Below are positions 1-13,012 of a stretch of DNA of 64,000 nucleotides, in pieces. The stretch comes from an uncultured Verrucomicrobiae bacterium. GTDB taxonomy: Bacteria; Verrucomicrobiota; Verrucomicrobiia; Chthoniobacterales; Chthoniobacteraceae. The notes below the pieces were generated by a model, which was not told the origin of the DNA, did not search any database, and was given only the letters and a program-made list of their open reading frames with translations. Positions within the stretch are counted from its first letter, which is position 1, and every line of letters begins with the position of its first letter. The translations under genes were made by a program, and so were the position numbers. The DNA lies in the NCBI GenBank assembly GCA_963769025.1, contig CAVYKI010000003.1, forward strand, positions 480,001 through 544,000, in the 5' to 3' direction.

Positions 1-747
1 AATTTCGCCGCCACGTTCGCCGGGCATAACCGCTTCTGGTGGGCGAATGCCGACGGCTCGGCGTCGCGCGAGACCTACGACGAACCGACCGAGGCGCGGC
101 TTTACCCGGGTTCGTGGTCGCAGTCGAAATTCGAGCCGATGACCGATCTGCCCGTGCGCACCTGGAGCGCGATCGGGCCCTTCGGATTTTCAAGGCTGAC
201 GCAGCTCCGTCACGGCGAGGACCGGAAGGAAATCATCCGCACGCTGGAGGCCCTCAGCTTCCCGCCCGAGCAGGGCATCGACCTGGCCGCGACGTTCAAC
301 GGAGAACTCACACAGACGCGCAAAGGCAAACGCACGCTGAAATGGCGTCCCGCGAACATCAGCGGCGACCGGATTTCGTTCGATCCGGTGCTCGGCTGGA
401 AAGGCTACGAGGACGAAGGCACCGCCTACCTCGTGACCTGGGTGCAGGCGCCGCAGCCGGTGTCCGTGAAGCTGAAGGTGCTCGACGAACACGGGCACCA
501 CGCGGTGCGCGTATGGCTGGACGACAAAGCCCTGCCCGTCGTGCATCCCAAGAACCAACGGGCGACGGATCTCCATCACTCGCTCGATCCCACGATGCCC
601 GTCGAACTTCGCGCCGGATGGAACAAGCTGCTGCTCCGCTACGACCAGGTCTGGGGAAACAACGTCGTGGGCCTCGCCCTCGACGCCGCCCCCGAGGTGC
701 TCTGGTCGCTGAAATTTTCCGCGACGCCACCCGCGCCAGCGAAGTGA
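1..747 (+). CDS. C-terminal part of a large hypothetical (probably secreted, carbohydrate-related) protein; 5' end outside window
   Basis: Frame of ORF 139..747 is open from base 1 (NFAATFAGHNRFWWANADGSASRETYDEPTEARLYPGSW...); C-terminal beta-sandwich-like segment VRVWLDD...VELRAGWNKLLLR. Confidence 0.7.
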   Translation, partial: NFAATFAGHNRFWWANADGSASRETYDEPTEARLYPGSWSQSKFEPMTDLPVRTWSAIGPFGFSRLTQLRHGEDRKEIIRTLEALSFPPEQGIDLAATFNGELTQTRKGKRTLKWRPANISGDRISFDPVLGWKGYEDEGTAYLVTWVQAPQPVSVKLKVLDEHGHHAVRVWLDDKALPVVHPKNQRATDLHHSLDPTMPVELRAGWNKLLLRYDQVWGNNVVGLALDAAPEVLWSLKFSATPPAPAK

Positions 748-901
748 ATCCCAAGAGGCATCTGGCTGCTCGCATTTTGGCCTGAACCGGCCATCGTTTT
801 CACCAGCCTCCCCCGCCATCCGTCCGGCACGCCCCACGAACAACCAAAGGGAGCGCAGGTTCCGCGATTTTCATCCCAGCCAAACTCCGAAGCTCACGAC
901 C

Positions 902-2156
902 ATGAACATCAACCTCAAGCAGTCCCTTTCGCGCCGCGCATTTCTCCGAGGCACAGGCGTGACCCTCGCGCTGCCGCTGCTCGAAGCGATGCTGCCAGCC
1001 TTCGGCAAGGCGGCGCAGGCGGCGGTGCCGCGGCGAATGGTCGCCATCGAGACGAACATGGGCATCATGCCGCAGTTCTTTTTCCCGGAGAAGGCGGGCG
1101 CCGATTACGCGCTGACGCCGTATCTGGAAAAACTCGCGGCGCATCGGAAGAACATGACGGTGTTCTCCGGCGTGAGCCTGCCGGGCGTCACAGGCGGCCA
1201 TGCGGCGGAGAAATGTTTCCTCACCGGCACGCCGCATCCCGACCGCGGCGGATTCCGCAACTGGGTGTCGCTCGACCAGCTCGCGGCGGAGCACGTCGGC
1301 GTCGCCACGCGGTATTCGTCGATCCCTCTGTGCATGACGAGCGAAGGCGGGCGGACGCTGAGCTTCACGCGCAGCGGCGCGCCGATCCCCGCCGAGAACA
1401 GTCCGCGCAAGCTTTTCCAGAAGCTCTTCGTGCAGGGCAAGGCGAGCGAGGTGGAGGCGAATGTCGAGGCGCTGCGGCAGGGCCAGAGCATGCTCGATTT
1501 TGTCGGCGACCAGTCGAAGCGGCTGGACCGGATGCTCTCAAAGGCCGACCAGCGGCGCATGGACGAGTACTACACCTCCGTCCGCGAGCTGGAGAAGCGG
1601 CTGCACACCGCCGAGGAGTGGGAATACAAGCCGAAGCCCGTCGTGAAGGCGGAGCCGCCGACCGACATCGACGACTCGCGCGAATTCGTGGCGCGGACGA
1701 GGCTGATGTTCGACGTGATGAAGCTCGCCATCGAGACGGACTCGACGCGGATCCTCACGCTCTTCATCGACACGGTCGTCATCCACAACATCACGCACCA
1801 CGGCAACCGCCCGGAGGCCGTCGCGGAGCTGCGCGAGAAGGAAGAGGCGCAGTTTGCCGCGCTGAATGATTTCCTCACCGCACTCACGAACACCAAGGAG
1901 GAAGGCGAATCGCTGCTCGACCGCACGCAGGTGCTCTACGGCACGCCGATGGGCAGCGCAAATTCGCACAACAACGTGAACCTGCCCGGTGCTGCTCGCC
2001 GGCGGCGGCTTCCGGCACGGCCAGCACCTCGCCTTCGACACGAAGAACAACTACCCGCTGACCAATCTCTACCTCTCGATGCTCCAGCGGCTCGGGATCG
2101 AGACGGGCGAGTTCTCGACCGCGAAAGGAACGATGCGCGGGCTGGAGATGGCGTGA
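902..2156 (+). CDS. DUF1552 (HXXSHH-type) family protein, Tat-like leader; one frameshift near 1985
   Basis: [21 protein letters not shown] leader, [30 protein letters not shown]; continues in another frame [16 protein letters not shown]...TMRGLEMA* with TGA at 2154-2156 overlapping the next ATG. Confidence 0.85.
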
Positions 2157-4762
2157 TGAAACGGTTCGCCGCTGCCTCGCTTACGCTCGCAATCGGTGCC
2201 GCGCTCCAGGCCGTCGAGCCGGCGGCGTTTTTCGACGAACACTGCACGGACTGCCACGACGCGGAGACGAAGAAGGGCAATCTCGATCTCACGGCGCTGA
2301 AGCAGGACTTTGCGAATCCGGAGAACTTCGCCCGCTGGGTCAAGGTGCATGATCTCATCGTGTCCGGCGAGATGCCGCCGAAGAAGAAGGCGCGCCCGCC
2401 TGCGGACGATCGCAAGGCCATCACCGCATGGCTCAACGATTCGCTCACCAAGGCCGACCGGGCGCGCCTCGATGCGGAAAATCGCACGGGCGTGCGGAGG
2501 CTGACGCGCGGCGGAGTACGAGAACACGGTGCGCGATCTCTTCGACATGCCGGGGATCGCCTTGCAGAACGGCCTGCCTGCCGACGGCTCGGCGTACGGT
2601 TTCGACAAGAACAGCGACGCGCTCGACATCTCGCATGTGAACATGGCGAAGTACATCGAGGCCGCCGATCAGACGCTGGATCTCGCCATCGCGACGCGCC
2701 CGGACGCACCGGCGGTGCAGAAACGCCGGTTCTCGCTCATGAACCGCGGCGGCGGCGTCGCGCACATCGTGATGAATGGCGATGGGGTGCTGCTCAAGGA
2801 CAAGCAGCCCGATCCCGATTTTCCTCCTGCGGGCGAGCTGCCGCACATCGATCAGGGGTCGCACGAGCGCACGGGCGCCTTCGATACCGGCAGCAGCGTC
2901 GGACTTTTCCGGCACGAGGATGAGTCGGTGAGTCCGTACTTCATGGAGCACGTCACGATCTATCCCGGCCGCTACCGCGTGCGCACGTCGCTGTGGAGCT
3001 TCCAATGGGACAAGGGCAAGGTGCTCCCGGCGCGCGGCACGGAGGCGGCGCGGCTTTCCGTCGTGCAGCTCACCGGCGACGGCCGCGGCGGCCAGCACCC
3101 GAGCTACGTGCTCGGCTACTACGATGCGCCTTCGCTGGAATCCAAGGAGCACGAGCTCGTCACCTGGCTGAACCAGAACGAGATCATCGGCTACAACGTC
3201 GCGTCGCTCGCGCCCGTGGCGAACTACAACCGCAAGGGGCGCGCGATGGCGTTCACCGGGCCCGGGCATCGCCTGCGACTGGCTCGAGGTCGAGGGGCCG
3301 CTCCACGACATCTGGCCGCCGGCCGCGCATCGCGTGCTTTTCGGCGAACTGCCGCTCGCGCCAGTTCGTAGCCGCGGACAATCCCGGCGTTCGCGCGCCG
3401 GTGCGTCAGAAGGTCCGCCAGATCGGCGCAGGCAGAAACCGGCCCGATCCGGACAAGGGGCTGTGGACGGTCCAAAGCGGGAATCCGCTCGCCGACGCCG
3501 ACCGCCTGCTCGCGGGCTTCCTGCCGAAGGCGTTCCGCCGTCCCGTGGACGATGCCGTGCGCAAGAGCTACCTCGCGAAATTCGAGGAGCGCATGAAGGC
3601 CGGCGATCACTTCGAGACCGCGATGCGCTGGGTGTATCGCGCGGCGATGTGCTCGCCGGACTTCCTTTACCACATCGAACCCCCCGGCCGTCTCGACGAC
3701 TTCGCGCTCGCCTCACGCCTCTCGTATTTCCTCTGGAACTCGACGCCCGACGCCACGCTCACCGCGCTCGCGGCGGGCGGCAGACTCCGCGACCCAAAGG
3801 TGCTCGGCGAACAGGTCGAACGCCTGCTGAAGGACGCGAAGTCGCAGCGCTTCATCGAGGATTTCCTCGGCCAATGGCTGAAGCTGCGCTCCATCGCCGC
3901 GAACGATCCGGACAAGAAGCTCTACCCCGAGTTCAGCCCGTATCTGCAGGACTCCATGGTCGCCGAGACGCGCGCGTATTTCCGCGAACTCATCGACCGC
4001 AACCTCGACGCCGGACACCTCGTGCAGTCCGACTTTGCGATGCTGAATGAAAAGCTCGCGGTGCACTACGGCATCCCCGGCGTGAGCGGGCCGGCGATCC
4101 GGCGCGTGCAACTGCCGAAGGACTGCGCGCGCGGCGGATTCCTCACTCAGGCCTCGATTTTGAAAATCACCGCCAACGGCACGACGACATCGCCGGTGGT
4201 GCGCGGCGCGTTCGTGATGGACCGGCTGCTCGGCAAACCGCCCGAGCCGCAACCGCCGAACATCGCCGCCGTCGAGCCCGACGTGCAGGGGGCGACCACC
4301 ATCCGCGAGCTGCTCGCGAAGCACAGCACCGACGCCTCGTGCGCGTCGTGCCATGTGAACATCGACCCGCCCGGGTTTGCCCTCGAGTCGTTCGATGTCA
4401 TCGGCGGCCAGCGCGACCGCTACCGCAGCATCGGCGAAGGCGATCCCGCACCGCGCGGGAGCATCGACCCGTTCATCGGCATCAGCTTCAAGCTCGGGCC
4501 AAAGGTGGATGCGAGCGGCCAGTTGCACGACGAACGCAAGTTCACCGGCATCGCCGATTTCAAGACCCTGCTCACGACCGAGAACCGCCAGCTCCTGCTC
4601 AATCTCGCGCGCCAGTTCACCGTCTATGCCACGGGCCGCGACATCGCCTTCAGCGACCGCGCTGCGCTGGAGGACATCGTCGCGCGCACCGAAAAGCAGG
4701 GCGGCGGCATCCGCACGCTGCTGCACGAAGTCGCCCTGAGCGGCCTCTTCCAGACCCGCTAG
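2156..4762 (+). CDS. DUF1592/DUF1588 (PSD/PSCyt3-type) cytochrome c-containing protein; frameshifts near 2510, 3265 and 3360
   Basis: Signal peptide, CTDCH, GEMPP, RRLTR.EYENTVRDL, LASRLSYFLWNSTPD, TTTSPVVRG, CASCH..IDPPGFALESFD; pieces in ORFs 902..2923, 2529..3371, 2993..4762. Confidence 0.85.
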
Positions 4763-4771
4763 CCCACGGCC

Positions 4772-5338
4772 ATGAATCCCCTGCTCCACCTTCCGTCACT
4801 CGTCGCCGCCATCGCTTGCTCCGCGACCGGCATGCTGCGGGCAGAGGAGCAGGCATCCACGCATCGCATCGTCGGCATCAGCGAGCCTTCCCGCGCGGAA
4901 GACCTCCGTGCTCTGGTGAAGGCGATGCCCGATGTCGAGCTCGCGACACTCGACGCCGAGAGCACCGAGGCCACATTCCGCTACGACGTGGCGAAGCTGA
5001 TCGGCGGATACAATCCGAAGAAACCGCCGACCGCGGAAGCGATCGCGAAACGGCTCGAAGAACTCCTGAGAACCGCTTCGCAAGGAAGCTTCACGCTCAA
5101 GCCACCCGCGACACTCGCGAAGGACGAGATGCAGAAACTCGAGATCAAAGTCGGCGTCCTCGACTGCAAGGCCTGCCGTTACGCGGCCTACATCGCCATC
5201 GCCAAGCTCGACGGCGTCGAGCGGGCCAGCGTGAGCAATGCCAGCGTGGTCACGGCCTGGATCGATCCTGCAAAGACGAACCGCGAAGCACTCGAAGCCG
5301 CGCTGAAAAAGGCGCGCGTGGAACTGCCGGCACCGTAA
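4772..5338 (+). CDS. Secreted protein with two heavy-metal-associated (HMA)-like domains
   Basis: Signal peptide; second domain has LDCKAC...LDGVERASVS...IDPAKTNREALEAAL; first domain has the same pattern without CxxC. Confidence 0.7.
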   Translation: MNPLLHLPSLVAAIACSATGMLRAEEQASTHRIVGISEPSRAEDLRALVKAMPDVELATLDAESTEATFRYDVAKLIGGYNPKKPPTAEAIAKRLEELLRTASQGSFTLKPPATLAKDEMQKLEIKVGVLDCKACRYAAYIAIAKLDGVERASVSNASVVTAWIDPAKTNREALEAALKKARVELPAP

Positions 5339-5442
5339 GGCTGCAAGGCGCCCCCCACGCACCACGCCAGCTCCGCGGAATCGAAAGTTTTGCGCCCACA
5401 GCCACCCGTCGTCAACGTTCCCCTATCCCCCTTCCCCCGACC

Positions 5443-6279
5443 ATGAAATCCTTCCTCGCAATTCTCGCACTCGTCCCCTGCCTCGCGTTTGCACAGTCGC
5501 CCGACCTCACGCTCGCGCGCGACAAGAACTGGCTCGTCATCCAGGGCCCGCATCTGCCGAAAGGCGAGATCCGCATCAACTACCTCGAAGCGTATTGTCG
5601 CGCGAACTCGACGGCCGCGGACTGGCACGACACGACGCTCGGCCACACGACGGAACTCGTCTCGCTCAGCGACGACAAGAAGACGATGAAGCTGCGCTGT
5701 ACGGTGAAGGACGGCGTGGTGGTCGATCACACGATCACCGCGGGCACCGACGACGTGACTTTCGCCCTCACCGCGCACAATCCGAGCTCGCAGGAGTCCG
5801 GCGCGCACTGGGCGCAGCCGTGCATCCGGCTCGGCGACTTCACCGGCTACGACAACAAGGGCAAGGACCTCGATGACTACCTGCCGAAGTGCTTCGTCTT
5901 CCTCGACGGCAAGCTCGCGCGCATGCCCGACATCCGGCCGTGGGCCAAGGAGGCGCGCTACATTCCCGGCCAGGTCTGGTGCCCGAAGGACGTGCCGCGC
6001 ACCGACGTGAACCCGCGCCCGCTCAGCCCGCTGGTGCCGAGCAACGGCCTCATCGGCTGCTTCAGCGGCGATGAAAAACAGATCTTCGCCGTCGCCTTTG
6101 AGCCGTATCAGGAGCTGTTCCAAGGCGTCGCACGCTGCCTGCATTCCGACTTCCGCATCGGCGGCCTGAAGCCGGGCGAGACGAAACAGATCAAAGGCAA
6201 AATCTACATCGTTCAGAACGATGTCCCCGCGCTGCTGGCGCGGTACGCAAAGGATTTTCCGGAGCAGCAGCGGAAGTAA
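5443..6279 (+). CDS. Secreted hypothetical protein
   Basis: ATG 5443 MKSFLAILALVPCLAFAQ signal peptide in the frame of ORF 4339..6279; typical GC3-rich codon usage; YLEAYCR and CLHSDFRIGGL segments. Confidence 0.75.
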   Translation: MKSFLAILALVPCLAFAQSPDLTLARDKNWLVIQGPHLPKGEIRINYLEAYCRANSTAADWHDTTLGHTTELVSLSDDKKTMKLRCTVKDGVVVDHTITAGTDDVTFALTAHNPSSQESGAHWAQPCIRLGDFTGYDNKGKDLDDYLPKCFVFLDGKLARMPDIRPWAKEARYIPGQVWCPKDVPRTDVNPRPLSPLVPSNGLIGCFSGDEKQIFAVAFEPYQELFQGVARCLHSDFRIGGLKPGETKQIKGKIYIVQNDVPALLARYAKDFPEQQRK

Positions 6280-6405
6280 TTTTTGATGCTCGCCCCATCC
6301 ATTCATCCTCGCCCTGCCGGACGGAAGCCCTGCGGGGTGGACGCCGACATTCAACGCTTTCTCCGCCATCGAACTTTTTTTCACCCCCGCACCACGCCCC
6401 GATTT

Positions 6406-8470
6406 ATGATGTCCGTCCTTCGCCATTTCGTCCTCCTCGTCGGAGGGCTGTTCGCCCTTTCATCATCGGCCCGGGCGGCAACTGCGGCGGACGTGATCGT
6501 CTATGGCGCGACACCCGGCGGATTTTGCGCAGCCATCGCCGCCGCGCGGGAAGGAGCCTCGGTGATCCTGCTGGAGCCGAGCCCTCACGTCGGCGGCGTG
6601 AACACCGGTGGATTGTGCTTCAGCGACTCGAATCAGACGGTGCGCAGCACGGTGCTGGGGTTGTTTGAGGAATGGCATCTGCGCATCGAGAAGGACTACG
6701 GGCAGCGCGGCGTGAAGCTGCCTTATCAGGTCGGCGTGAAAGATCACACGCACTGGACTTACGAACCGCATGTGGCGGCGCGCGTGACGACGGCGATGCT
6801 CGAGGAGGCTGGCGTGAAGGTGCTGACGAAGCGCGTGCTGGAGAAGGTGACGAAGGACGGCACGCGCATCACGAAACTCACGACGGGCGACGGCGAGTTC
6901 ACGGCGAAGGTGTTCATCGACGGCACCTACGAGGGCGATCTGATGGCGGCGGCGGGAGTGAGCTGGACGATTGGCCGCGAGGGGCGCGCGGAGTTTGGCG
7001 AGTCGCTCGCCGGGAAGCAGTATCCGAAGGCGAAAATGGCGATCTCGGGCCTTGCTGCCGATGGCAAGCCGCTGCCGCTGATCACGACGACCGACGCCGG
7101 TCCGGAGGAGGCGGGCGACAAGAATGTGATGGTTTACAGCTTCCGGCTGGTCCTGACCACGAATCCCGAAAACCGCGTGCCGATGCCGAAGCCCGCGAAC
7201 TACGACCCCGCGCGTTTTGAAGTCGTTCGCAGGCATCTGCAAAATGGCGGACGCGGTGTGGGGATCGACCTCTATCCCCTGCCGGGCGGCAAGTTCGACG
7301 GGAACAATTCGATTGGCGGACAATTTTCCCTCGGCCTCGTCGGTGCCTGCAATGGCTGGAGCGAAGCGGATGCAGCGGGGCGGCAGCGCATCTGGGAAGC
7401 GCACAAGCAATACACCCTCGAGTTCCTCCACTTTCTCACCACCGATCCGGCCGTGCCGGAAGCCGATCGGAGGAAGTATGCCGCACTCGGCCTCTGCAGG
7501 GATGAGTTTCCGGAGCACGGCCACTTTTCACCCGCGCTCTATGTCCGCGAAGGCCGGCGCATGAAGGGCATGTATGTGGTCACCCAGAACGACATCTTGA
7601 AGACGCCGGAAAAGGACGACGCGATCGCGGTTTCATCGTTTCCCATCGACTCGCACGACTGCCAGCGCGTCGGAACCGCGGATAGCGTCATCGCCGAGGG
7701 CACGATCATGCCGGTGCGCATGGCGGGCCGGCGGCATGGGTATCCCTACCACATTCCCTATCGCGCCATTCTGCCGAGATCGGAGGAGTGCTCGAATCTC
7801 CTCGTGCCCGTCGCCCTGTCCTGCACGCATGTCGCCATCAGCTCGATCCGTGTCGAGCCGACGTGGATGATTCTCGGCCAGAGCGCGGGCGTCGCAGCGG
7901 CGCTGAGCGCGAAACAGAACGTCGGGGTGCAAGCGCTGCCGTATCCCGCCCTGCGCGAGCGCCTGCTGGCGCAAAAACAGGTGCTCGAACTCCCCGTGCT
8001 GACCACTTTGCCACCGCAGCCGAAGGGCGCGATGAACATCGATCCCGCCAGGCTGCCGGGCATCGTTCTGGATGACACGCAGGCCAGAGCTGAAAGGCCC
8101 GTGGAGCCGTTCCTCCAACTTCAAACCTCACATCGGCGACGGATATATCCACGACGACAAGCGGGGCGACGGCCAGTCCTCCGCGACGTTTCGCTTCAAG
8201 GTCCCGAAGACCGGCCGCTACGACCTGCGCATCGCCTACTCGCCCCACGAGACGCGCGCCAAGAAGGTGCCGCTCACGATCGTCAGCGGCGCTCAGCGCA
8301 CGGCCCTCACGTTTGACAAAACGCAGCCGCTTCCACAGGGCGACGCCTTTCGCAGCGCAGGCATCGTCCAGCTCACGGCCGACGTGGAAACCACGATCAC
8401 GCTGAGCAACGAAGGCACGGAAGGCTTCGTCATCGTGGATGCGATTCAGTTGATCGAAGCAAAGGAATGA
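6406..8470 (+). CDS. Secreted FAD-dependent oxidoreductase (FAD_oxidored family) with C-terminal beta-sandwich (golvesin/xanthan-lyase-CBD-like) module; frameshift near 8090
   Basis: DVIVYGATPGG, FIDGTYEGDL, YVREGRRM, IPYRAILP, SSIRVEPTWMILGQSAG; tail in ORF 8072..8470 (GDGYIHDD...GRYDLRIAY...GFVIVDAIQL). Confidence 0.8.
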
Positions 8471-8555
8471 CACAGCCTCGCCCAACCTCGCACGTGACCT
8501 CCGGCATCCGAAGCCAGGTGACCCGAGACCGAAACCTCCCCCTCACCACACATCC

Positions 8556-9997
8556 ATGAACTCCCATCCTTCGTCTCCCCTCCCGCGTCGCCATTTTCTC
8601 CGCCAGGCCGTGGGTGGCGCGACGGCGGCCGCGCTCGCTCCATCCCTCGCGCGGGCCGCGGATGCGCCGGCTTCGGCTCCCGGAAAGTTCGGCGAACCGG
8701 CGCGGGAGATTCCGCTGAACGATGACGCGGATGTGATCGTCTGCGGCGCGGGTCCCGCGGGGGTCTCCGCGGCCATCACGGCGGCGCGGGCGGGCGCGAA
8801 GGTGCGGCTCTTCGAGTGGCGCGGCTGCCTCGGCGGCGTGTGGACGGCGGGCCTGCTCGGCTACCTGCTCGATTTCGACAAGCCGGGCTTTGCCAGGGAG
8901 CTGGTCGGCCGGACTGGACGAGCGCGGCATCCGGCGCGGCACAAACCGCTCCAGCGTCTGCTACGAACCGGAGGGCATGAAGCTGCTGCTCGAGGATCTG
9001 TGCGTCGGAGGCGGGCGTGAAGTTCCAGTTTCACACGCGCGTCGCCGCCGCGTATCGCGACGGGCGGCGGCTCACGACCATCGTCACGGAGTCAAAGTCC
9101 GGGCGGCAGGCGTGGCGCGCGCCGGTGTTCATCGACACGACCGGCGACGGCGACCTCGGCGCGCTCGCCGGATGCGCCTGGGAGATCGGCGAGGCGAAGG
9201 ACTGCCCGTGCCAGCCGATGTCGCTCAACGCGCTGCTCGTCGTGAAGGACGCGGAGGCGCTGCGCGATTTCATCCGCATGGGCAAACCCGGTCCCGGAGA
9301 CGCGTCGAACGGGCAGAAGAAGAACCGCATCCGCGAGGAGATCGAGCGCACCGGCCACTTCCCCTCCTACAGCAAGCCCACGCTCTGGCAGGTGCGCGAC
9401 AACCTGATCCTCGCCATGATGAACCACGAATACGGCATCAAGCCCTTCGACGCCGCGCAGATCACCGAGGCCACGGTGCGCGCACGCGCGGAGATGAACC
9501 ACATGATCGACGGCCTGCGCAAACTCGGCGGACCGTGGGAGGGCATCCAGATCGTCGCCACCGCCGAGCAGATCGGCGTGCGCGATGGCCGCCGCATCGC
9601 GGGCCGCTACACCGTGAGCAAGGACGACGTGACCACCGGCGCGCGGCACGAGGACGGCGTGGTGCGCCCGACCTTCCCCGTCGACGTCCACGCCATGAGC
9701 GCCGAGCAAAACAGGACTTCGGCGTATTCAGACCAAGGCCTCAAGGTGAAGCCCTACGACATCCCGCTGCGCGCGCTCATCGCGAAGGACGTGGACGGCC
9801 TCATGATGGCCGGCCGCTGCATCAGCGGCGACTTCATCGCGCACTCCAGCTACCGCGTGACCGGCAACGCCGTCGCCATGGGCGAAGCCGCGGGCATCGT
9901 CAGCGCGCTCGCCGCACAGCGGAAAGCGCTCCCGCATGAAATTCCATGGGCCGACGCCGTCGCGGTCTTGGAAAAAGTCCGCGCCGGGCGCGCTTGA
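8556..9997 (+). CDS. Tat-exported FAD-dependent oxidoreductase; frameshifts near 8910 and 9015
   Basis: PRRHFL Tat motif, DVIVCGAGPAG, FIDTTGDGDL, YDIPLRALI, MAGRCISG, SSYRVTG. Confidence 0.8.
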
Positions 9998-10218
9998 GCT
10001 TCGCTGCGCAACGTGCGCGAACCCCGCTCGACCGCGTGTCTCGCATGATTCCGAAAATGCAGAGCCCATGAACGCGTTTCGCCGTTCTGCTGCCCGCTCC
10101 GCAGGCGCCGCTGCTCTCGCCGGAGTTTGCGGTGATGGAATGAGCGGCACTGCGCTTTTCAGCAGTTCCGCACCGTGGGGAAACTCTCCTTTTCCTGAAT
10201 CCCCGATCCCCTTGAACC

Positions 10219-12911
10219 ATGAAACTGATCCAACTCCTCCCGCTCTTCGCAGCCCTGCTCCAAGGCATCGGCGCCGCTGAAATCACGAGCCACGAGCCGC
10301 AGCGTCCGCTGCCTGTCGCAAGCAGTCGCCCGCTCCCCAAAGGCGAGATCCATGTCATCGACAACGCGCGCGGCGACGACGCGAACGCAGGCACCGAGGC
10401 CGCTCCGTGGCGCACGCTCGATCACGCCATCGCACGGATGCCGTCAGGGGGGACGCTCTGCCTGCGGGGTGGAGTGTACTACTCGCACAGTGTCATCCGC
10501 ACGAGCGCCAGCCGGGAGAAGCCGCTGATCATCCGCTCATGGCCCGGCGAACTCGCTGTGCTCGACGGCGGTGAAGCGGAGTTTGCATCGAGCCCGGAAA
10601 GCGCGTGGGAACCCCATGCCGACGGGGTGCCGGGTGAGTTTCGCTCGACGAAAGCCTATCCGCTCGCGCGCACGGAAGGCGAGCAGGATGGCGATGGCGA
10701 CGTGCTCGCGATGGGACGCTTCATTGACTCGATGATCCCGCTCCACGGGGCGAGGTTTCACGGCGATCTGCAATCGGACAATCCGTGGTGGAACATCAGT
10801 TCGAAGTCAGGCGGGCAGAGCTTCGTGTATTGCGGGCCCGCGGTGTGGCAGGATGGGAAGACGGGGCGCATCCACTGCCGGCTCGCGCACACGAAACTGC
10901 CCGGGCTCGGCGCGGACAACTACACAGGAATCACCGACGCGCGGAAGACGCCGCTGTGCATCGCCACGGTCGCCGCGGGGCCGGCGCTCACGCTCGCAAG
11001 GGGCGCGGCACATCGTGCTCCAGGATCTCGTGGTGCGCGGCAGCGCCACGGCCACCTTGCTCATCGAGGAATGCGCAGACATCACGCTCGACGGCGTGAC
11101 CATCTACGGCGGCGGAAAGGCGATGCAGGTCCGCGACACCGCCGGACTGCGCATGATCCACAGCGCGTGCCGCGGGCTTTCCGCGCCGTGGATGTATCGC
11201 GGCGCGCTGAAATATCGCAGCGTCGAGGCGCGGCTGCTTTCCGCGACATCCTGGATGCCGACGGGCGTGGACAATCGCGACTTCGAGATCGCGTACTGCG
11301 AGTTCACCGACTGCGAGGATGGCGTCTTCATCGGCAGCGTGCGCGGCGTGCGTTTCCATCACAGCCTCGTCGAAAATATGACGGACGACGGCGTTTTTGT
11401 CACGGCCACGAGCGGCTACGACGGCCACGTCGCGGGCGGCGATGTGCGCCTTTGGCAAAACCGCTTCTCGCGCTGCCTGACGACGCTTGCGTTTGGCGTC
11501 GGGCATGGGCGGCAGATCGCTCTGCCGGATCGCGTGCAGACCGGCGATGGAGTGTGGATCACGCGCAACGTTTTCGATTTCCGCCGCCCGGTCCACTACC
11601 ACTGGCCCAAGGATGCCGACGACAAACAGGAGCCGTATTATCGGGGACGCTTCGGCGGCGACCACGGCAGCCCGGCGTGGGAGCCGATGTGGATTTATCA
11701 CAACACGATCGTCGGCGGGCATGTGGAGCGCGCGGATTTCGGCAATCCCGGCCTCGGCGCGCGGCATGGGCAAAGGCACGACCCGCCATGTGCTGAACAA
11801 CATCCTCTGCACCGATGTCGGCGAGCCCGGAACCACGGTGCCGAAGGACAACGCGCGCTTCCACACAGGAGGAAACGTGCTGTGGTCATTCGATCCGGGC
11901 AATGCCGACGCGGCGGCATGGAAGGCAAAGCTCCAGCGCTCATCGCCGGACGCCGCGAAGACGAACCAGATCACGGACCCAGGCTTTCAGAGCTATTCGA
12001 CGGAATGGCGGAAGGACGTGGATCTGCGGGCGAGCGGTCCCGCGGTGGATGCAGGCGTCGCCATTCCAGCCGATTGGTTCGATCCCATCCGCTCGAAAGA
12101 AATCGGCGCTGTCCCCAAGGGCTCGCAGCCGTGGCGCATTGGCATTCACGGGCGGCTCGATGCCTTCGGACGCAAGGCCGAAAACGCGCCGCCGCCCGCT
12201 GCCTTTGCGTGGGCTTTCCCCGACGACCATCCGGCGCACGGCCCGCGGGCGGATGCACCTCGCGCGACGAGCATCCGCGGCTATCCCGCGTTCGACGCGC
12301 CGATCGTCGAATACCTTCTCCGCCGCCGGGGCGCGATCGTGGAAGTCCACGACCGCGAGCACGTCGCGCTCACTGCGGCCAACCTCGCGAAACAGAAACT
12401 CCTGATCTACGACGGCAGTCTCACGCGGGCGAAAATTCAGCCGGACACGCTTTCGGAATCCGACATCGCCGCGCTGGAGCCGTGGCTGCAAGCGGGCGGC
12501 ACGCTCCTCCTGTGCAGCCAGCGGGCGGACATTTTCAAAAGCGAACCCGGTCGCGCATTCCTCGAACGCCATCTCGGAACGCCGCCAAGATCGAAACCCG
12601 CGAGCCCCACGATCGCGCAGCCCAAGCATCCCTGGCTCGCGCATCTCAACTCGCCCACGCCATCGTGGCTCGCACCAAAGTCATCCCCGCTCGCGGCCAC
12701 GACCGGCGAAGCCATCATCTCGAACGGGCCGAACTTTTCCCAACTGTGGCAGACGAAGGCGGGACGCGGACGCATCATCTACATCGGCTGGAGCGTGGGC
12801 GGACAACTCACCGACAACCGCCGGGGCTCCGCCGTCGAAACCGACGCCGCGATGATCGAGCAGGTCCGGATCATTGGTGCCGTGCTCGATGATGTTCTGA
12901 AGCACAAGTAG
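10219..12911 (+). CDS. Large secreted parallel beta-helix (DUF1565/pectin-lyase-like) protein; frameshifts near 11000 and 11760
   Basis: Signal peptide; GDDANAGTEAAPWRTLDHA..TLCLRGGVY..LIIRSWPGE; beta-helix-like repeats in ORF 10853; SGPAVDAG and C-terminal domain in ORF 11487..12911. Confidence 0.65.
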
Positions 12912-13012
12912 TCCGGCGTTTTTACGCAGGCCGTCCATCACTCACCCAGACCGGCTAAGACTGACCGTGCCTCCGGGTCATTCCCTTGCTTCAAAATCCA
13001 ACCACATCCCCC

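Noticed and set aside
902..2923. DUF1552-cytochrome fusion suggested by the 673-aa ORF
   Set aside because: A frameshift near 1985 bypasses the true stop at 2154-2156; these are two genes.
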